A stretch of 64,000 nt of DNA from Phyllobates terribilis (taxonomy: Eukaryota), in assembly GCF_046119375.1 (NCBI RefSeq), contig NW_027362769.1, positions 369,148,001-369,212,000 of the forward strand, read 5' to 3'. The notes beneath the pieces were generated by a model. The model did no database searches, had not been told where the DNA came from, and worked only from the letters and a program-made list of their open reading frames with translations. This document shows positions 14,208 to 27,671 of the stretch, piece by piece; the stretch's first letter is position 1, and each line of letters opens with the position of its first letter. The position numbers and the translations under genes were made by a program.

Positions 14208-14855
14208 AATTCCATCCGGCACAACCTCTCTTTGAATAAATGCTTCATGAAAGTCGCCAGAGGAAAGGATGAACCTGGGAAAGGAGGATTTTGGCAGATG
14301 GATCCTCGTTACGCTGATATGTTCGTGAATGGAGTATTACGAAGGAGAAGGATGCCAGCTTCTCATCTTGACCCTCCAAGGTGCAGCAACGTACCGATCC
14401 ACCATCCCTACCAGTCATCACCAAATAACCGCCAAAACCCACGTTCTTCTTGCAGTTACAAGCAGCTAAGAAGACAAGAGAAGCCCAGTCCTGTTTTGCC
14501 AGCCCTGAGGTCACAGGAACGACATGGGGACAACTTCTTTTCTTCTGAAAGTGATCATCTGCATGGAAGCAACTTTGATGACCTTGATCTGCAGACAGCC
14601 TTAATATCAATGTGGTGGGAAGGAGACATAGGACCTTCTGGGGTCAATGCCTCAGTTGTGAACGCTTCCAATTTGGAAGTAGCCCATCAGGAACCTGCCA
14701 TAATGGATAGCCAATGGTTCCTGCCTACTGACCAACATCCAACTTGGCAAGAGTTGAAAGAGGAACCTGTGGCGAATCAGTGGTTCATAGACAATGGTTA
14801 TGTCGAAGATGTTTTGTATGAGTGCCCACCATGGGAACGGGCTGAGACATTATGA
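14208..14855 (+). CDS. foxj1.2: FOXJ1-family forkhead transcription factor, coding exon 2
   Basis: Acceptor tttcag|AATTCC; [13 protein letters not shown]...PGKGGFW completes the forkhead domain in frame; TGA at 14853-14855; 368 aa in total. Confidence 0.93.
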   Translation, partial: NSIRHNLSLNKCFMKVARGKDEPGKGGFWQMDPRYADMFVNGVLRRRRMPASHLDPPRCSNVPIHHPYQSSPNNRQNPRSSCSYKQLRRQEKPSPVLPALRSQERHGDNFFSSESDHLHGSNFDDLDLQTALISMWWEGDIGPSGVNASVVNASNLEVAHQEPAIMDSQWFLPTDQHPTWQELKEEPVANQWFIDNGYVEDVLYECPPWERAETL

Positions 14856-15391
14856 CCTGTTGACAGGAAACCCAAGCCTTAAAGCAACTTATGGTTGGAT
14901 TTCAGATTATAAGGACTGATGAGAAAAAAAAAAAACTTGAACTGAGGAACTTTTCAGACCTTTGGTCTCCTTGACCTTTCATGGCCAGAAAGTTGCATTT
15001 GAGGTGGGTCTTTAGGTCTAAGTAAAACTCACATTGGTGAGGATATGAGGCCATTTGGATCACCAAAACCTAAAGGACCTTAGCCATATGACGACACGCA
15101 GGTGTTTTTTTAAATTCCAGGCCTGGACTTTAGGCCTTTTCTTCAGCCTGCACTAATGCGACAGCACCACTTCAGAGAACTTTAAGGTCACAGCCATTTT
15201 ATTACATCAAGCAGAAATATATTTTTACAAATCCTTTAAAATAATAGGTTATATATGAACAATGCGGAGAGCTATATTGAGAGCAATTATCATAGACTTT
15301 ATGTTGACAGTACATGGATTTCATATGTGATGTGAAGGATAGTCAGATCTAGATATGAGGCCTAGGAATCGGGCCCATCTGACATATGCAA

Positions 15392-15397
15392 AATAAA
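15392..15397 (+). promoter_or_regulatory. Candidate foxj1.2 polyadenylation signal
   Basis: AATAAA followed by a GT/T-rich tract ~25 nt downstream. Confidence 0.35.
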
Positions 15398-17473
15398 TGA
15401 AGCAAAATTAAACAGTGTCTTTTTGTTTTTTTTTCCTCTGGAATATTTAATGTTTGTTTTTTTGGTTTGTTTTTTTATTCGTTATCATTTGGTAATAGGA
15501 TTAATTAATTTTATTTCCTTAAAGTAACAGCGCCGCTTTTATCCACAGGCTGTGTCTGGTATTGCAGCTCAGGCCTATTCAAGTGAATACTGCAATACCA
15601 CTCTCAGCTCTTTGACAAGAGTGGCGCTGTTTCTTGAAAATATTTTGGTTTTGAATCGCATACAACTTTTTAAACCTTTTATGCATCTGACCAATAACTG
15701 ATTATATACTTGTTGTGTTCCAACGGAGGGGGCAGATCAAGGTGATTTATGATGGCTGAGGCTTATCTCTGGACACCAATACATTCTCTATAACAGGACA
15801 ACCCTGCACCTACCATCAAGGCATAATGCAAGTGAACGGGGTCGTATTGCAACCTGCAACATACCGCAGCAAGCAAGTTGCAAAAAAAAGTTATAACTAG
15901 TTTGATTTTTCATGATGTACTTGTCGTGGCACTTTGTGAGTTGCTATGCACCTGTATTATTCTGCATAGAGAGTAGTTTGGCCCACTCTCCTATATATTT
16001 TTTTTTTAGAAACATGGCCACCATTGTCTCTAGGTTATGCCTGGTATTGCAGTATTCACTTCAATAGGGCTGAGCTGCATTACCTAACACAACCTATAGA
16101 CAATGGTGGCGCTAACGAACAGGACACTCAAGGAAGGGCAGCATACAAAATTAAAGTTTTGGGCTTTTTGTTAATCTTTTGTTTTCAGACTGTTCTTCGT
16201 TGTGGGTAGCTAATAGTCCCATACACTGAGGTCTGAGGACAGGGTATGGGAACCTCCCCGGCGAGCGCGGTCCCTGCATTTTATCATGTTCCCTGTGTAA
16301 TCTTAGATCTCTGTGTGATTAGCTCGGCAGATGACAGCTCATTATTTCCAGCAGGGGCTCAGTTTCCCGTGGTATAATTACACAGGAGGGAGGGAATGAG
16401 GTGTAGGAGTCGGATTTGGATATAAGGCACCATGTCACCCCCGTGACCTCACATTTAATGAGACTATGTGGGAGTCAGACAAGGTTGGCAGACCCCAAGT
16501 ATGCAAGTCACTGAGCCTATTGGTTATCGGTGGTCTTTATCTGCGTCTCAGTCCATGCACTTGACTATATCCTCCATCAGTCTTCAAAATCTCTCTTCAT
16601 GGTCAGCAGGTCATGTCAGATTAGGGAGGAAATATGGGAGTGCACACTTCACTTCCTCTATGGATGGGAAGATTTGACATATAATTCTCTTTATCCACAG
16701 CTGAATTAATCGTCCTGTATAGTAAATTCCATATTCCTTCACTATTAGGCCGATTTCACATATCCGCCCGAGTGTGTAGCGCGATGTACGGACCGGCCAC
16801 GGGTCTCCTGGCCTGAACTCAACAGTCTCATAGGCATATAGGTTTGGATCAGGGAGTCCGCGGCCATTTAGTGCATCACGGTCCATAGTCGGACCATGAT
16901 ACACAGGGAAGTCTGAGGCTGAGGGCGATGCTAGCGGCCATGTTGATTTCCAGGCCTGACTACATGGTTTCCTAGGTGCCCCGCAGCAGAGCGCTTCCTC
17001 AGCCAACTCGTCACCCGCTCCAGCCTCCACTCCACCAACTCTCCCACAACTGACAAGTCCACGGCTAACGAATATATAGACCAAAACATCCTCCTCATGC
17101 ACCAGTGCTAAAAAACACTCCCATATTTACACTTTATTTTGCCTCTCTCGGCCATGTTGTGGCCCTATTGTTAAACATCACTACTGCTAAGTCAGCGTGA
17201 GGCGTTTTCTGGTCCCAAACAGACGCTGGCACCTTCTCCGTTATTATGACAGGATATGGCTACACATTATGACCTGACAGGCACTGAACCATAGTAAAAT
17301 GGTGGCATTGCTGCAAATCACGAGCAAACTCAATGTTCCCTTATGTGAAAAACAACAAACAATTTTGCGATCTGAATGAGTTGTGACTGTTCCCCTCAAA
17401 AAGGGAACATTGAAGTCGGTTTAACAATTACCGTTGTTTTTTTATTTAGTGCACTGGACCCATTTTTGGTCCA

Positions 17474-17796
17474 TGCATCAGTTTTTGCAATCGTTGTTGC
17501 ATCAGTTTTTGCAATCATTGTTGAATCAGTTTTTACAATCGTTGTTGAATCAGTTTTTGTAATCGTTTTTGCATCAGGTTTTGCAATCGTTTTTGCATCA
17601 GTTTTTGCAATCATTGTTGAATCAGTTTTTGCAATCGTTGTTGCATCAGTTTTTGCAATCGTTTTTGCATCAGTTTTTACAATCGTTTTTGCATCAGTTT
17701 TTGCAATCGTTGCATCTGTTTTTACAATCATTGTTGAATCAGTTTTTACAATCATTGTTGCATCACTTTTTACAATCATTGTTAAATCAGTTTTTC
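17474..17796. repeat. 24-bp minisatellite (GCATCAGTTTTTGCAATCGTTGTT-like)
   Basis: 8-aa periodic ORFs on both strands. Confidence 0.9.
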
Positions 17797-19344
17797 ACGT
17801 ATGAAAAAAAAAATCTTAGCTTTTACTACCCCTTAAACAGCTGCGTGCTATCGTTTTTTTTTTTTGTTTTCTGTGGGGTTATTGACTTGCATTGACGAGT
17901 TAAATAAACCAGACAAAAAAAAAAAAAAAAAAAATCAACTAATGTGTCAAACCGGCCTAATGCTGCAGTCTTGGGCTATGGCTATGTCTTACTTTCTTAA
18001 TTGCTATTTCTTAAAATGTTTCCTGATGTGGTTTTCAATAATTTTTGAAAAGTTTTTTTTTTCCTGAAGCATTTTTTATTTCTGCAGTGTTTTGATTGAA
18101 GAGTGCCTATATTGGAGTCGATTCCATTAGCGCCCGCACTTGCACTTTTTTTTCCACCAGACGTTTTTCAAAACTTTGTCAGGAAAAAAAATTGCCAATA
18201 AAACCCTCCTTATAAGAACAGAAAAATGGATTTCCCAAATGATTAGGAAAAATTATCCAATTTTTTTAAGCGGTTTCTAAGGGGGATTTTGGAAAGGATC
18301 TGCTCTAAAACTCTTAAAAGAATGGATCAGCCCCAAAACACTTTAAAAACTGTTCCTATTCATTTATGCAGGAAATCCAATTTTTTTTTGCTTATTGCAT
18401 TTTTTTTGTGATTTTTTTACATGAATTTTTATTGCATACTTTTCAGATGCGGTTTTTGCCTCTTTTTAGTATGTCTTGTTTAAAATAAAACTACTTTGTT
18501 TTGGAAACTTCCTGTTTGCTGAGTTATTAAGCTTTTTGGTAAAGTCATGTATGTATTACATGAGATTTTACTACGTTTCGGCTGCTGAAACGCACTAAAA
18601 ACACATTTGCAGCTTTAATCTGCATGTTATTTAAGTCTATGGGGAAAATCCGCGAATAAAGTGCGGATTTTAAAAAAATGCACCACAGGTTAATTTCTGC
18701 AGCGTAAAAAAAGCACAGTAAAATGTATACAAATCTGGAATGGTAATACGCTCTGTTTTTGTTTTGTTTTTTTTTCATGGAAGAAAGGCACCAAATACTC
18801 ATTGTGGGAACTTAGCCTTAAAAATGTTTCAGGAATTGAAACCTTCTTCAAAAATTCTTAAAAAAGTAGCATTTCGAGAAGTGGTTCCCACTTGACTGCT
18901 GAGCACTTTTGATCGGATTCCAGTGTCGTGGCCCTACCCTTACCAGTTCTTCCATACTTCCGAACTGGTCTATAACTGGTCTACCGGATACCATCTAATT
19001 TGAGACTAAGTTAACTCATTCTGATGTAAGCAGGAACGTCTCCCCTCGTGAAATGGATCTCACGGGCATGTGTGGCACCACTCCCTCACTAACACACAAG
19101 CTGTGAGCAAACACGAGCTCGATAAATATTCCAAGACTGAGTGAATTATTAATGGGATCCCGTCACCTGTCAAGGACCTGTCACGCACCTGTCGCCCCAC
19201 ACTCATCCCTCCACTCTGTAATGTGCTTTCATCTCAACTTACCCCATGATATGGTGGCTGACATATCAGACCCTTCACTGTGGGTAAATTATTATAGCAT
19301 AGTATTAGGCAATTTATTAAATTCTATTAACAGTGAGGAATTAA

Positions 19345-19617
19345 AGTACAGTGAGGCATAAAAGAGTACCAATATTAACATATTATATAATAACACCATT
19401 ATAGACCCTTGCCCCTGAGGACACCAGTCAGGCGAAACATGCCAGAGAGGTTATGAGAGATTCTTTAACAGCATATGCGACTGTATCAAGCATTACTAAC
19501 ACAATCTAAATGTGATACTGTTATGGGCTGCAGTCATCACAGTTATTAATATAGTATTACCTCCTACCTTAATGTTTCGCCTGACCAGTGTCCTCAGGGA
19601 GATGGGTCTATAATGGA
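19345..19617. mobile_element. Small inverted-arm element, copy 1 (truncated), carrying two hammerhead-like motifs
   Basis: Colinear with 19997-20510; the internal arms are inverted. Confidence 0.7.
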
Positions 19618-19787
19618 CATAGTATTTAGCCAGTTTCATAATGGTAGGTGTGATTATTCAATATAAGCCCGGGGCCAATACCTGAGGCCTATATATAGTA
19701 TTTACTATGTACAGATTGTCAAACTCAAAAAAAATCGCTAAACTCTAAACTGCAAAATAAAACATAATTTTTATAGTATCCTATTAA

Positions 19788-19979
19788 GGCCATGACACCA
19801 CCATCAGCATTTGGACAGTATTTTTTCTCAGGAGTGGGAAGCAAAACCAGGAGTGGGTGATAAATGCAGAATTGGTGACTTGTTTCTATTATACATTTTC
19901 TCTGATTGTTCCTCACCTGGTTTTGGCTCCCACTCCTGAAAAAATATACTGACCAAATACTGATAGTGGGGCCGAGGCC
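19788..19979. mobile_element. PIF/Harbinger-type MITE
   Basis: Inverted ends, TAA/TTA flanks; reverse complement of 20165-20357. Confidence 0.8.
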
Positions 19980-20068
19980 TTACAGTGTGGAACTAGAGTA
20001 CAGTGAGGCATAAAAGAGTACCAATATTAACTTATTATACTATAACACCATTATAGACCCATACCCCC

Positions 20069-20097
20069 CTGAGGACGCCGGACAGGTGAAACATGTC
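20069..20097 (+). ncRNA. Minimal type I hammerhead ribozyme-like motif (best preserved of four)
   Basis: CTGAGGA-C-GCC GGACA GGT-GAAAC-ATGTC: conserved core, 3-bp stem II, palindromic ACATGT stem III, GUC triplet. Stem I pairing is poor. Confidence 0.5.
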
Positions 20098-20164
20098 AGA
20101 TAGGTTATGAGCTATTCTTTTAACAGCATATGCGACTGTATCAAGCATGACTAACACAATCTAA

Positions 20165-20357
20165 GGCCTCGGCCCCCACTGTCAGTATTCGGTCAGTATT
20201 TTTTCTCAGGAGTGGGAGCCAAAACCAGGTGAGGAACAATCAGAGAAAAGGCATAATAGAAACAAGTCACCAATTCTGCTTTTATCACCCACTCTTGGTT
20301 TTGGCTCCCACTCCTGAGAAAAAATACTGACCAAATACTGATAGTGGGGCCGTGGTC
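20165..20357. mobile_element. PIF/Harbinger-type MITE nested in the inverted-arm element
   Basis: TAA TSD at 20162-20164 and 20358-20360; the empty site is seen at 19507-19509. Confidence 0.85.
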
Positions 20358-23300
20358 TAAATATGATACTGTTATGGGCTGCAGTCATCAGTTATTTATA
20401 TAGTATTACCTTCTATCTTAATGTTTCGCCTGACCGGTGTCCTCAGGGGGATGAGTTTACAACGAATCTATAACATGAAATCTTAATATTGCTACTCTTT
20501 TATGCCTTCTGGTTAACATAGTACTTATAATATTTGCAGTCTAGACTTTAGGGTCTTTTTGCCTGTTTATTACAAATGTATTATCTCATGCCCACCTAAA
20601 CTTGCTGGATGTTGATATTTTTGCTTACATATGGTAGACAGCCTCTGGCATATTACAGGTGGAGCAGAATGTATTGATACTGGCAGCAGGCACCGTGTCC
20701 ATCCCTTTAGGTCAGTCAGACAATAACGTGTGACGTGACCACGCGACAGTAATTTCCCGTTCTCTTCCTTGTGTTACATGTAAAGAATAAAGCCACGTAA
20801 CCTCATCTTTTAGTCGCGCGCAGATCGGGTGTCGGGAGGGTTAACCCTTTTACAGCTGAGCTGGGTGTAAGGAAATATCACTTGTGTAATTGGAATGACT
20901 TCTTTTTTGTTAACTGGTAGAAGCTGCTGGGAGTTGTAGTCCCACTTGTGTTGAAGATATATTGACAACCCCTATGGTCGCTTTAATGGTTGCTAGTGGT
21001 GGGTGTCAGCTTTGGGAAAGCAAATTTTATGGTGCTAGGTATAGAAAGCAACAAGGGGCACCCACAGAAAGGAGCACCCGCAAAAAGGGGCACCCGCAAA
21101 ACAAGAGAGCACCTGCAAAAAGGGGCACGATGTGATCCCATTAACCAGCTCCTTCCTGGCCGCCAACATTCCAACACACTGGTAATCCACCGGCTGCAAA
21201 GGGCTCGGCCATTCTGAACAGGTCCATCAACTTTTTAACCCTTCATACTATCACCTAGGAATGTTCAGCATGAACGGACCTGCCCGGGTGGTTGACAGCC
21301 CCCCTCCGATTCTTTCTTTTATACCTCCCAGGGCATTGTGACTGGCAGGGACACAAAGTGCACTATCACCCAGGCCTGCCGAAACATGTCCCCTTGTGTC
21401 ACAGCATGCATTCCTCCAACCGTAGACTTAACTGTTTGATGGCCAAAGAGGTCCAGGGTAATTGTTGCCACATTGCAGCGACATTAACCCACGATGATAT
21501 AACAGACTGTCCAATCTTACAGAATGCAGAGCGGTGACGTTCACACGTTTGATTTTCCACATACGATAAAGATAGACCAATTATTCTGATCAGAGTTTGG
21601 TCCTAGTGTCATCCGTTTTTATTGTACGAGATATAAAAAAAAAGTTTTTCCATCTTCTCCTTTCTGACAGTCCATCAAAATCAGACCGCACTCGGATGTC
21701 ACCCGAGTGCAGTCCAATTTTTTCACGGACCCATTTAACTTGCATGGCCAATTTTGATCCGACCCTCAAAGCAAAATTGGACACGTCTCCGTGATTTTTC
21801 ACTGACGTCTCCATCCGCAAAAAAAGATCACAGACATGTGAATGGCCCCATACACTATCACAGGTACGAGTGCTCTCTGTGAAAACCACGGGCGGCGTTC
21901 GTACGTGAAAATGAGACGTCTGAATGAGGCCTAAACCAAAGAGTCTTTATGGCATACAGTGAATTGGCACTGATCAGAGATTCTCCACGGGTATAAAGCG
22001 TGTAAAGCAGCAGGCACCTAAAGCCAGGTTCAGATTAGCGCGTTTCGGGCAGAGTGCAAAACGGGAGAGACCACGGACCGCCATAAAATGTCTGAAATCG
22101 GTCTATGGTAGCACCGCATTCTTCATTGGGCGCAATTAGAGGTAAGCAAAAATATTCAGAGTGCGGTTTGCTTTTCGCAGAGTGTCAGTCTGGAGAAACT
22201 CATTTTTTTTCTTTCCGTGTACAAGAAAAACTGATGACACTCGGACCTCACACTGATGGACGTCAGATCGGAATAATCGTATCCGTTTTTCTCCTACGTG
22301 GAAAATACTGGCATGTGGATTTCTGAAATCTCATGGATGTTGCTTATTTTTTTTCCTTCCTAATTTGAAACAATTTCAACGTCAGTTTTTCAGCCTTTCT
22401 TCGCTTATTTTAATTAAAAAACACAAAAAAAAAGTCAAAAATGTGCGTATTTTTTGTGTTTTTGCTGCCAACACGTAAGTATAGGCAGCAGAAAAAATCT
22501 GAACGTGTACACATACCCTTACATAGGTTTTTCATCTGGCTGCTTTATCCCCAAAACAGCGCCACTTCTGTTCACAGGTTGTGTCTGGTATTGCAGATGA
22601 GTTGTAGTGCTATAAGATTTCTCCAAATCTTCTCCTAAGCTGTGTGCTCCCCTCGTCTACAAAGGAGTTGGTATAGCAGATACTCTGTGATGGAGGGGGG
22701 GTTTGTGGCCTGGCTCTATGACAGTATAGGAAAATTGCACAACTAAAAACTCCTTAATGGCGCAGTCAGATGGCCGTAAAAAAAAACGGACAGAGATCGG
22801 AATGCAGTGCACGGACTGACCAGCGGCTCTATCGACCAGGGCGTGACAGCTGCATAGAAATACATGAAGATGTCACGCTCGGGTGAGGAGAGCTGCCGGC
22901 CAGTCCGTGCCCTGCATCCGATTTATACGGCCGTCTGACTGCGTCCTAACATTAAGTCATTGGTCTGCAATGGCTCCATCTATTGTCTTCTCTCTATGCA
23001 AACCTCATAGCAGTTATTATGATGCTGCCAGTAGGACTTTTTATATCGGACCCCATCGATACACAGGAAATAGGCCAAGAAACAATGGTTCTAATATACT
23101 TTATTATTTGACAACACTTTTGTCATAAATAGAAAACATCCAAAGGGTTTCACAATGACTGGTGCAGCGATGGAGCAAAAAGCAACCCATGAGGAACCAA
23201 AATGTTGTGTAAGCACACTCGATCACTCACACACACGGTATAACCTAACATACAAGACACGTATTCATGTACAGCTAGGTGGGGGCATATATACTGTATA

Positions 23301-23402
23301 AAAGTCTAGTTCTCTAGATTTACCATTTACAGAATGACAACTGGTAGGATTCTTATATAATGTGCATGTAAAGGTGTGCAATAAACATACTACACACAAA
23401 AT

Positions 23403-23940
23403 AATATAATGGAGAACGGCCGCATAGTCCGTACACCCAGGACCCACGCAATAGAGAACGGCCGCACAGTCTGTACACCCGGGACCCACACAATGGAGAA
23501 GGGCTGCATAGTCCGTACACCCGGGACCCACGCAATGGAGAACGGCTGCATAGTCCGTACACCCAGGACCCACGTAATGGAGAGCGGCCGCATAGTCTGT
23601 ACACCCAGGACCTACACAATGGAGAACGGCCGCATAGTCCATACACCCAGGACCACGTAATGGAGAACGGCCACATAGTCCATACACCCAGGACCCACGT
23701 AATGGAGAGCGGCCGCATAGTCTGTACACCCAGGACCTACACAATGGAGAACGGCTGCATAGTCCGTACACCCAGGACCCACGTAATGGAGAGCGGCAGC
23801 ATAGTCTGTACACCCAGGACCTACACAATGGAGAACGGCCGCATAGTCCATACACCCAGGACCACGTAATGGAGAACGGCCACATAGTCCATACACCCAG
23901 GACCCACGCAATGGAGAACGGCCGCACAGTACGTACAGCC
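23403..23940. repeat. 41-42-bp minisatellite (AATGGAGAACGGCCGCATAGTCCGTACACCCAGGACCCACG)
   Basis: Direct periodicity. Confidence 0.92.
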
Positions 23941-25003
23941 AGGACCTATCCAATTCATAACATACTGATATCCCAAGACATGGACTACATCGCTAAAAGT
24001 TTATCTGCACTTTCACAAAACATTTGACAGAAGTTGTATTCTGGTTGCTAAAACGGAGGATCATAAGTGCCGTCTGGTTCTGCTTTCCTCTGCCGGGCTC
24101 ATATACCTTCTATAGAGCCCATCTTTCGATTTGGAGGTCAGGTGAACGCTTATGTTCTTCCATTTATATGTGCAATCATAATATATAGCATGTGAAAAAC
24201 TTTTGTGAAAGTTCGAAAACTTAAGTAATTGTCCATTTTTCTTTATGTCCTCCATATGCTGTGAAGCCCCTCTGCCCAAGTAAACCAATAATGTAAAATC
24301 GCCCACTAAGGTGTGGTCGATTGACGGAGTCCCTGCTGTGTGTCAGCAAGGGAGGTGGAGCCCTCTACACGGAGGAAACAGTAGATGACTTCTAAGAGAT
24401 GATTCCCCGTCTGTCCTCCTTTCTGCTGCTACAAGGAAAAGTGCAACAGGGTTAGATCAAGTGGAGAAGTCTCCAGATTATTGCAATAGGTGGCGAGTTT
24501 TTATTTCACGATTAAGCTTCTTTTCCAGAGATGGATTTTAGAAGGTCATAATGTAAATACAGGACCCTTACACCTCCCCCCACCCCAACTAATTTTACTG
24601 AAGTGAGGTTGAATCATTATGGAATCCTATGGTGATCTATGGCTCTGTCCACGTTGTGTTCAGAGTCTTACGTGTAAATGTTGGGCTTTGTCCACACATA
24701 TAAATTATGCACCTTTACTTTTTAATAAGACCCTATGCCTGACATTTGCTACTGGAGGCCTATATAGTGGCATACGTCGGGCTCTTACATCAAAAATCTT
24801 TCCAAAGCATGAAAAGCTCCACGTAGTGTGCAAAGAGCCCAAGCTTGGATTAGGAAAGCCACAGGGTGGGGAGGGGGGTCCGAATCTTACAGATGTAACA
24901 AGGACACGCAGATTTCTTTAATAAAACCTGGTTCACATACACCAGGAAGAGCGGAAAAGTCCACCGTTTTGGCAATACGGAGAAAAAAAAAAAAAAAACT
25001 TAA

Positions 25004-25562
25004 AGGGATTTTCCCCACGAAAAAAAGTATATTTTAATTAACTGATCTTGGAATAACAATAAGTTACACAATTGGATGTGTTTAAATAAAATGTTCCTGT
25101 GCTGAGATAATGTTATAAATGTGCCCCTGCTGTGTACTGTGTAATGGCTGTGTCTGACCGTGCAGGAACATGGTCTGATCATACCACAGCTCCTGGGCAG
25201 GGGAGGAAGCAAAAGAGTATACAGACATTACAGCAGGGGATCACAAATAATTCTTTCTTTGAGGTAAAACATTGCTTAAAAAACAGGCAGTGAAATGTTT
25301 TGCCTCAAAAAGTTATTTGCAATTCCATGCTGTAATGTCTGTATACTCTTTTCCTTCCCCCCCCTGCCCAGGAGATGTGGTATGATCAGACCATGTTCCT
25401 GCACGGTCAGACACAGCCATTACACAGTACACAGCAGGGGCGCATTTATAAGATTATCTCAGCACAGGAACATTTTATTTAAACACATCCAATTGTGGAA
25501 CTTATTATTATTATTCCAAGATCTAGTTAATAAAATGAACTTTTGTTCGTGGGAAAAGCCCT
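25004..25562. mobile_element. TTAA-flanked MITE with long inverted arms (T2/Kolobok-like)
   Basis: TTAA at 25000-25003 and 25563-25566; arms match in reverse complement; a related copy lies at ~50185-50910. Confidence 0.8.
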
Positions 25563-26390
25563 TTAAGTGCATATGGTAACATGACTATATCCTTAAAGGA
25601 TGTGTCCGGTTCCTTTCAATTCACCATCGAAAGGCAGCTAATGAGATTATATCAGAAGATGCCTTCCAGGACACATGAACGACGTGCCATGAGTCGTGAC
25701 GCTTGTGTACACGCATACATAACCTCGCAATGTGAGCTTCGCCAGACCACCCTTTTAAATATAACCACTCTCCGGAGGAGGCCTACACTATCTTTAGTGC
25801 CAATCCTGGATCTGCAATAGTTCAAATTTTTGGTCAAACCCGCAATACAGAGCTGTCTGCATATCCCTTAATATACCTGTCATCATCACGGTCAGTTATA
25901 CGCTGCTACCCACGCGGTACATTGTCTGATAAAACATAACCCGCCATCTACGGATCAAAATGACAGAATGGAAGGGGTTAAAATCCGCAGGCGATTTGCA
26001 CAAAAGTCTTCTGCAGAAAAAAGTTTCTTAGAAAAACTGATATTGAGAAATGCAAACTGGAGAGCAATGGGCATACGTAGTCAATTATGGTGGAAGGTTT
26101 TGAAGTGAAGGGACTGCGAATTTTTCCCCCTTCTCACATGTTTATTACCACCCAATTACGAAGTGCACGGGGCCGACTAAGGCCGTTACAGTATGTGCTG
26201 GCGAGATAATAGATTGATTTTGTGTAACAGATCTTACATTTAGTTCATGTACTTATATGAGCAAACGCATGTACGTGGACAAATGCAAATTCAGTGCTAA
26301 ATATATATATATATATTTTATTATATGTATTATATAGATGTGTTGATATAATATATTATATCAACACATATATTATAATAATCATATATA

Positions 26391-26531
26391 NNNNNNNNNN
26401 NNNNNNNNNNNNNNNNNNNNNNNNNNNNNNNNNNNNNNNNNNNNNNNNNNNNNNNNNNNNNNNNNNNNNNNNNNNNNNNNNNNNNNNNNNNNNNNNNNNN
26501 NNNNNNNNNNNNNNNNNNNNNNNNNNNNNNN
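26391..26531. other. Assembly gap (141 N)
   Basis: N run. Confidence 1.
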
Positions 26532-27671
26532 NCCCCCCCCCCCCTCAAAAAAAAAAAACAAAACACAAAAACATGCTGCAAATATGATACAGGCCATAAA
26601 AGGTACACAATGTAAATGTATGGATTAGGAAGCCAAGGCTGGACAAAAATCTGATTAATAAGCCGGGCAGAGACGTGCCATGATGTGACGGTGGCCATTC
26701 AGCTTTTAATCATTAAAGTAAATTAAACACATGGAGCCGAGGTCGGGGGCAGCCCCATGCCACACTTTGTGCCATTCATTACCGTTATATTAATCAGGTA
26801 TTTGTGGCATAAGTATAATGAGAATGCTTTTGCAAAAAAGAAAAAAAAAGGCTAGCAGTAGGGTTAAAAAAAATTGCACAACGCAATTACTTGGCATCTG
26901 CCTCAGTTGACGCCAACTCTTGCCAGTTGGCATATAGATAGGACCCCAATGTACACACCCCACCATTGTGTTCTGGGATGGGTCCTCACCTACACTCTGT
27001 AGGATAATGTCAGTATCGGTCGGACCGCATACAACACATAAGGAAGACCTGAATGGGAAGGGAAAGGCGATCATGTCCTCTACATAGCAGAGGCCTCATA
27101 AACCGCTGCATAGTTCTGCATGGCCCCCACCCATCCCATAGATATATGTAAAACTCAGCAACCATGTAGACACCAACATCAACTGATTGTAAGGAAAAAA
27201 TATAAGTAATAATAATAATAAAAAAAAATTAGACATGCAGCTCCAGGCTACAAAAATAGGGCAGAATGTAGGCTGCTTCCTGTGTCGCCGGAGAGAACGG
27301 GATCTTCTTAGAAAAGTTTTCATTAGGAAACCATAAGGGTTATATAGCAGCAGCCAGAAAGTAATGAAGATCCCATTATAAGGTCCTGTAAATAAATGTG
27401 TGCAGGACAGATCCTGGGCTGCCGAGAGAGCGGAAGGGATGGCCGACCCCGTGTCCTATGACCGTGTCGCTCCTCTGGCAGCCAGCGTGCAGTCACGGAG
27501 ATGTGCAGCCATGGGGATCTGCGGGAAAATGGAGAAATTATTAGGTGTCTGTGTACTGTCACCAGTGACGAGTAGTCCCATCAGCATAAGTGTATGATCA
27601 TTGGGAGCCCCAGCTGTGGAGATCCCCCACAAGGATCCCAAAGTCCCATGACCATGTGAGACCACCACTCC

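Larger units (their letters stand above)
19997..20510. mobile_element. Small inverted-arm element, copy 2, interrupted by a MITE; two hammerhead-like motifs
   Basis: Ends AGGCATAAAAGAGTA...TACTCTTTTATGCCT are inverted; matches copy 1 apart from the insertion. Confidence 0.7.

Noticed and set aside
17376-17895. Thr/Ala-rich TIAKTDAK repeat resembling an antifreeze or mucin protein
   Set aside because: A 24-bp repeat open in several frames, with no credible start, signal peptide or splice sites.
21330-21400. GAAACATGTC after a GGCAGG/CCTGCC stem, a possible hammerhead
   Set aside because: No CUGANGA core upstream.
26294-26698. ORFs spanning 26.3-26.7 kb
   Set aside because: Artefacts of the N gap.
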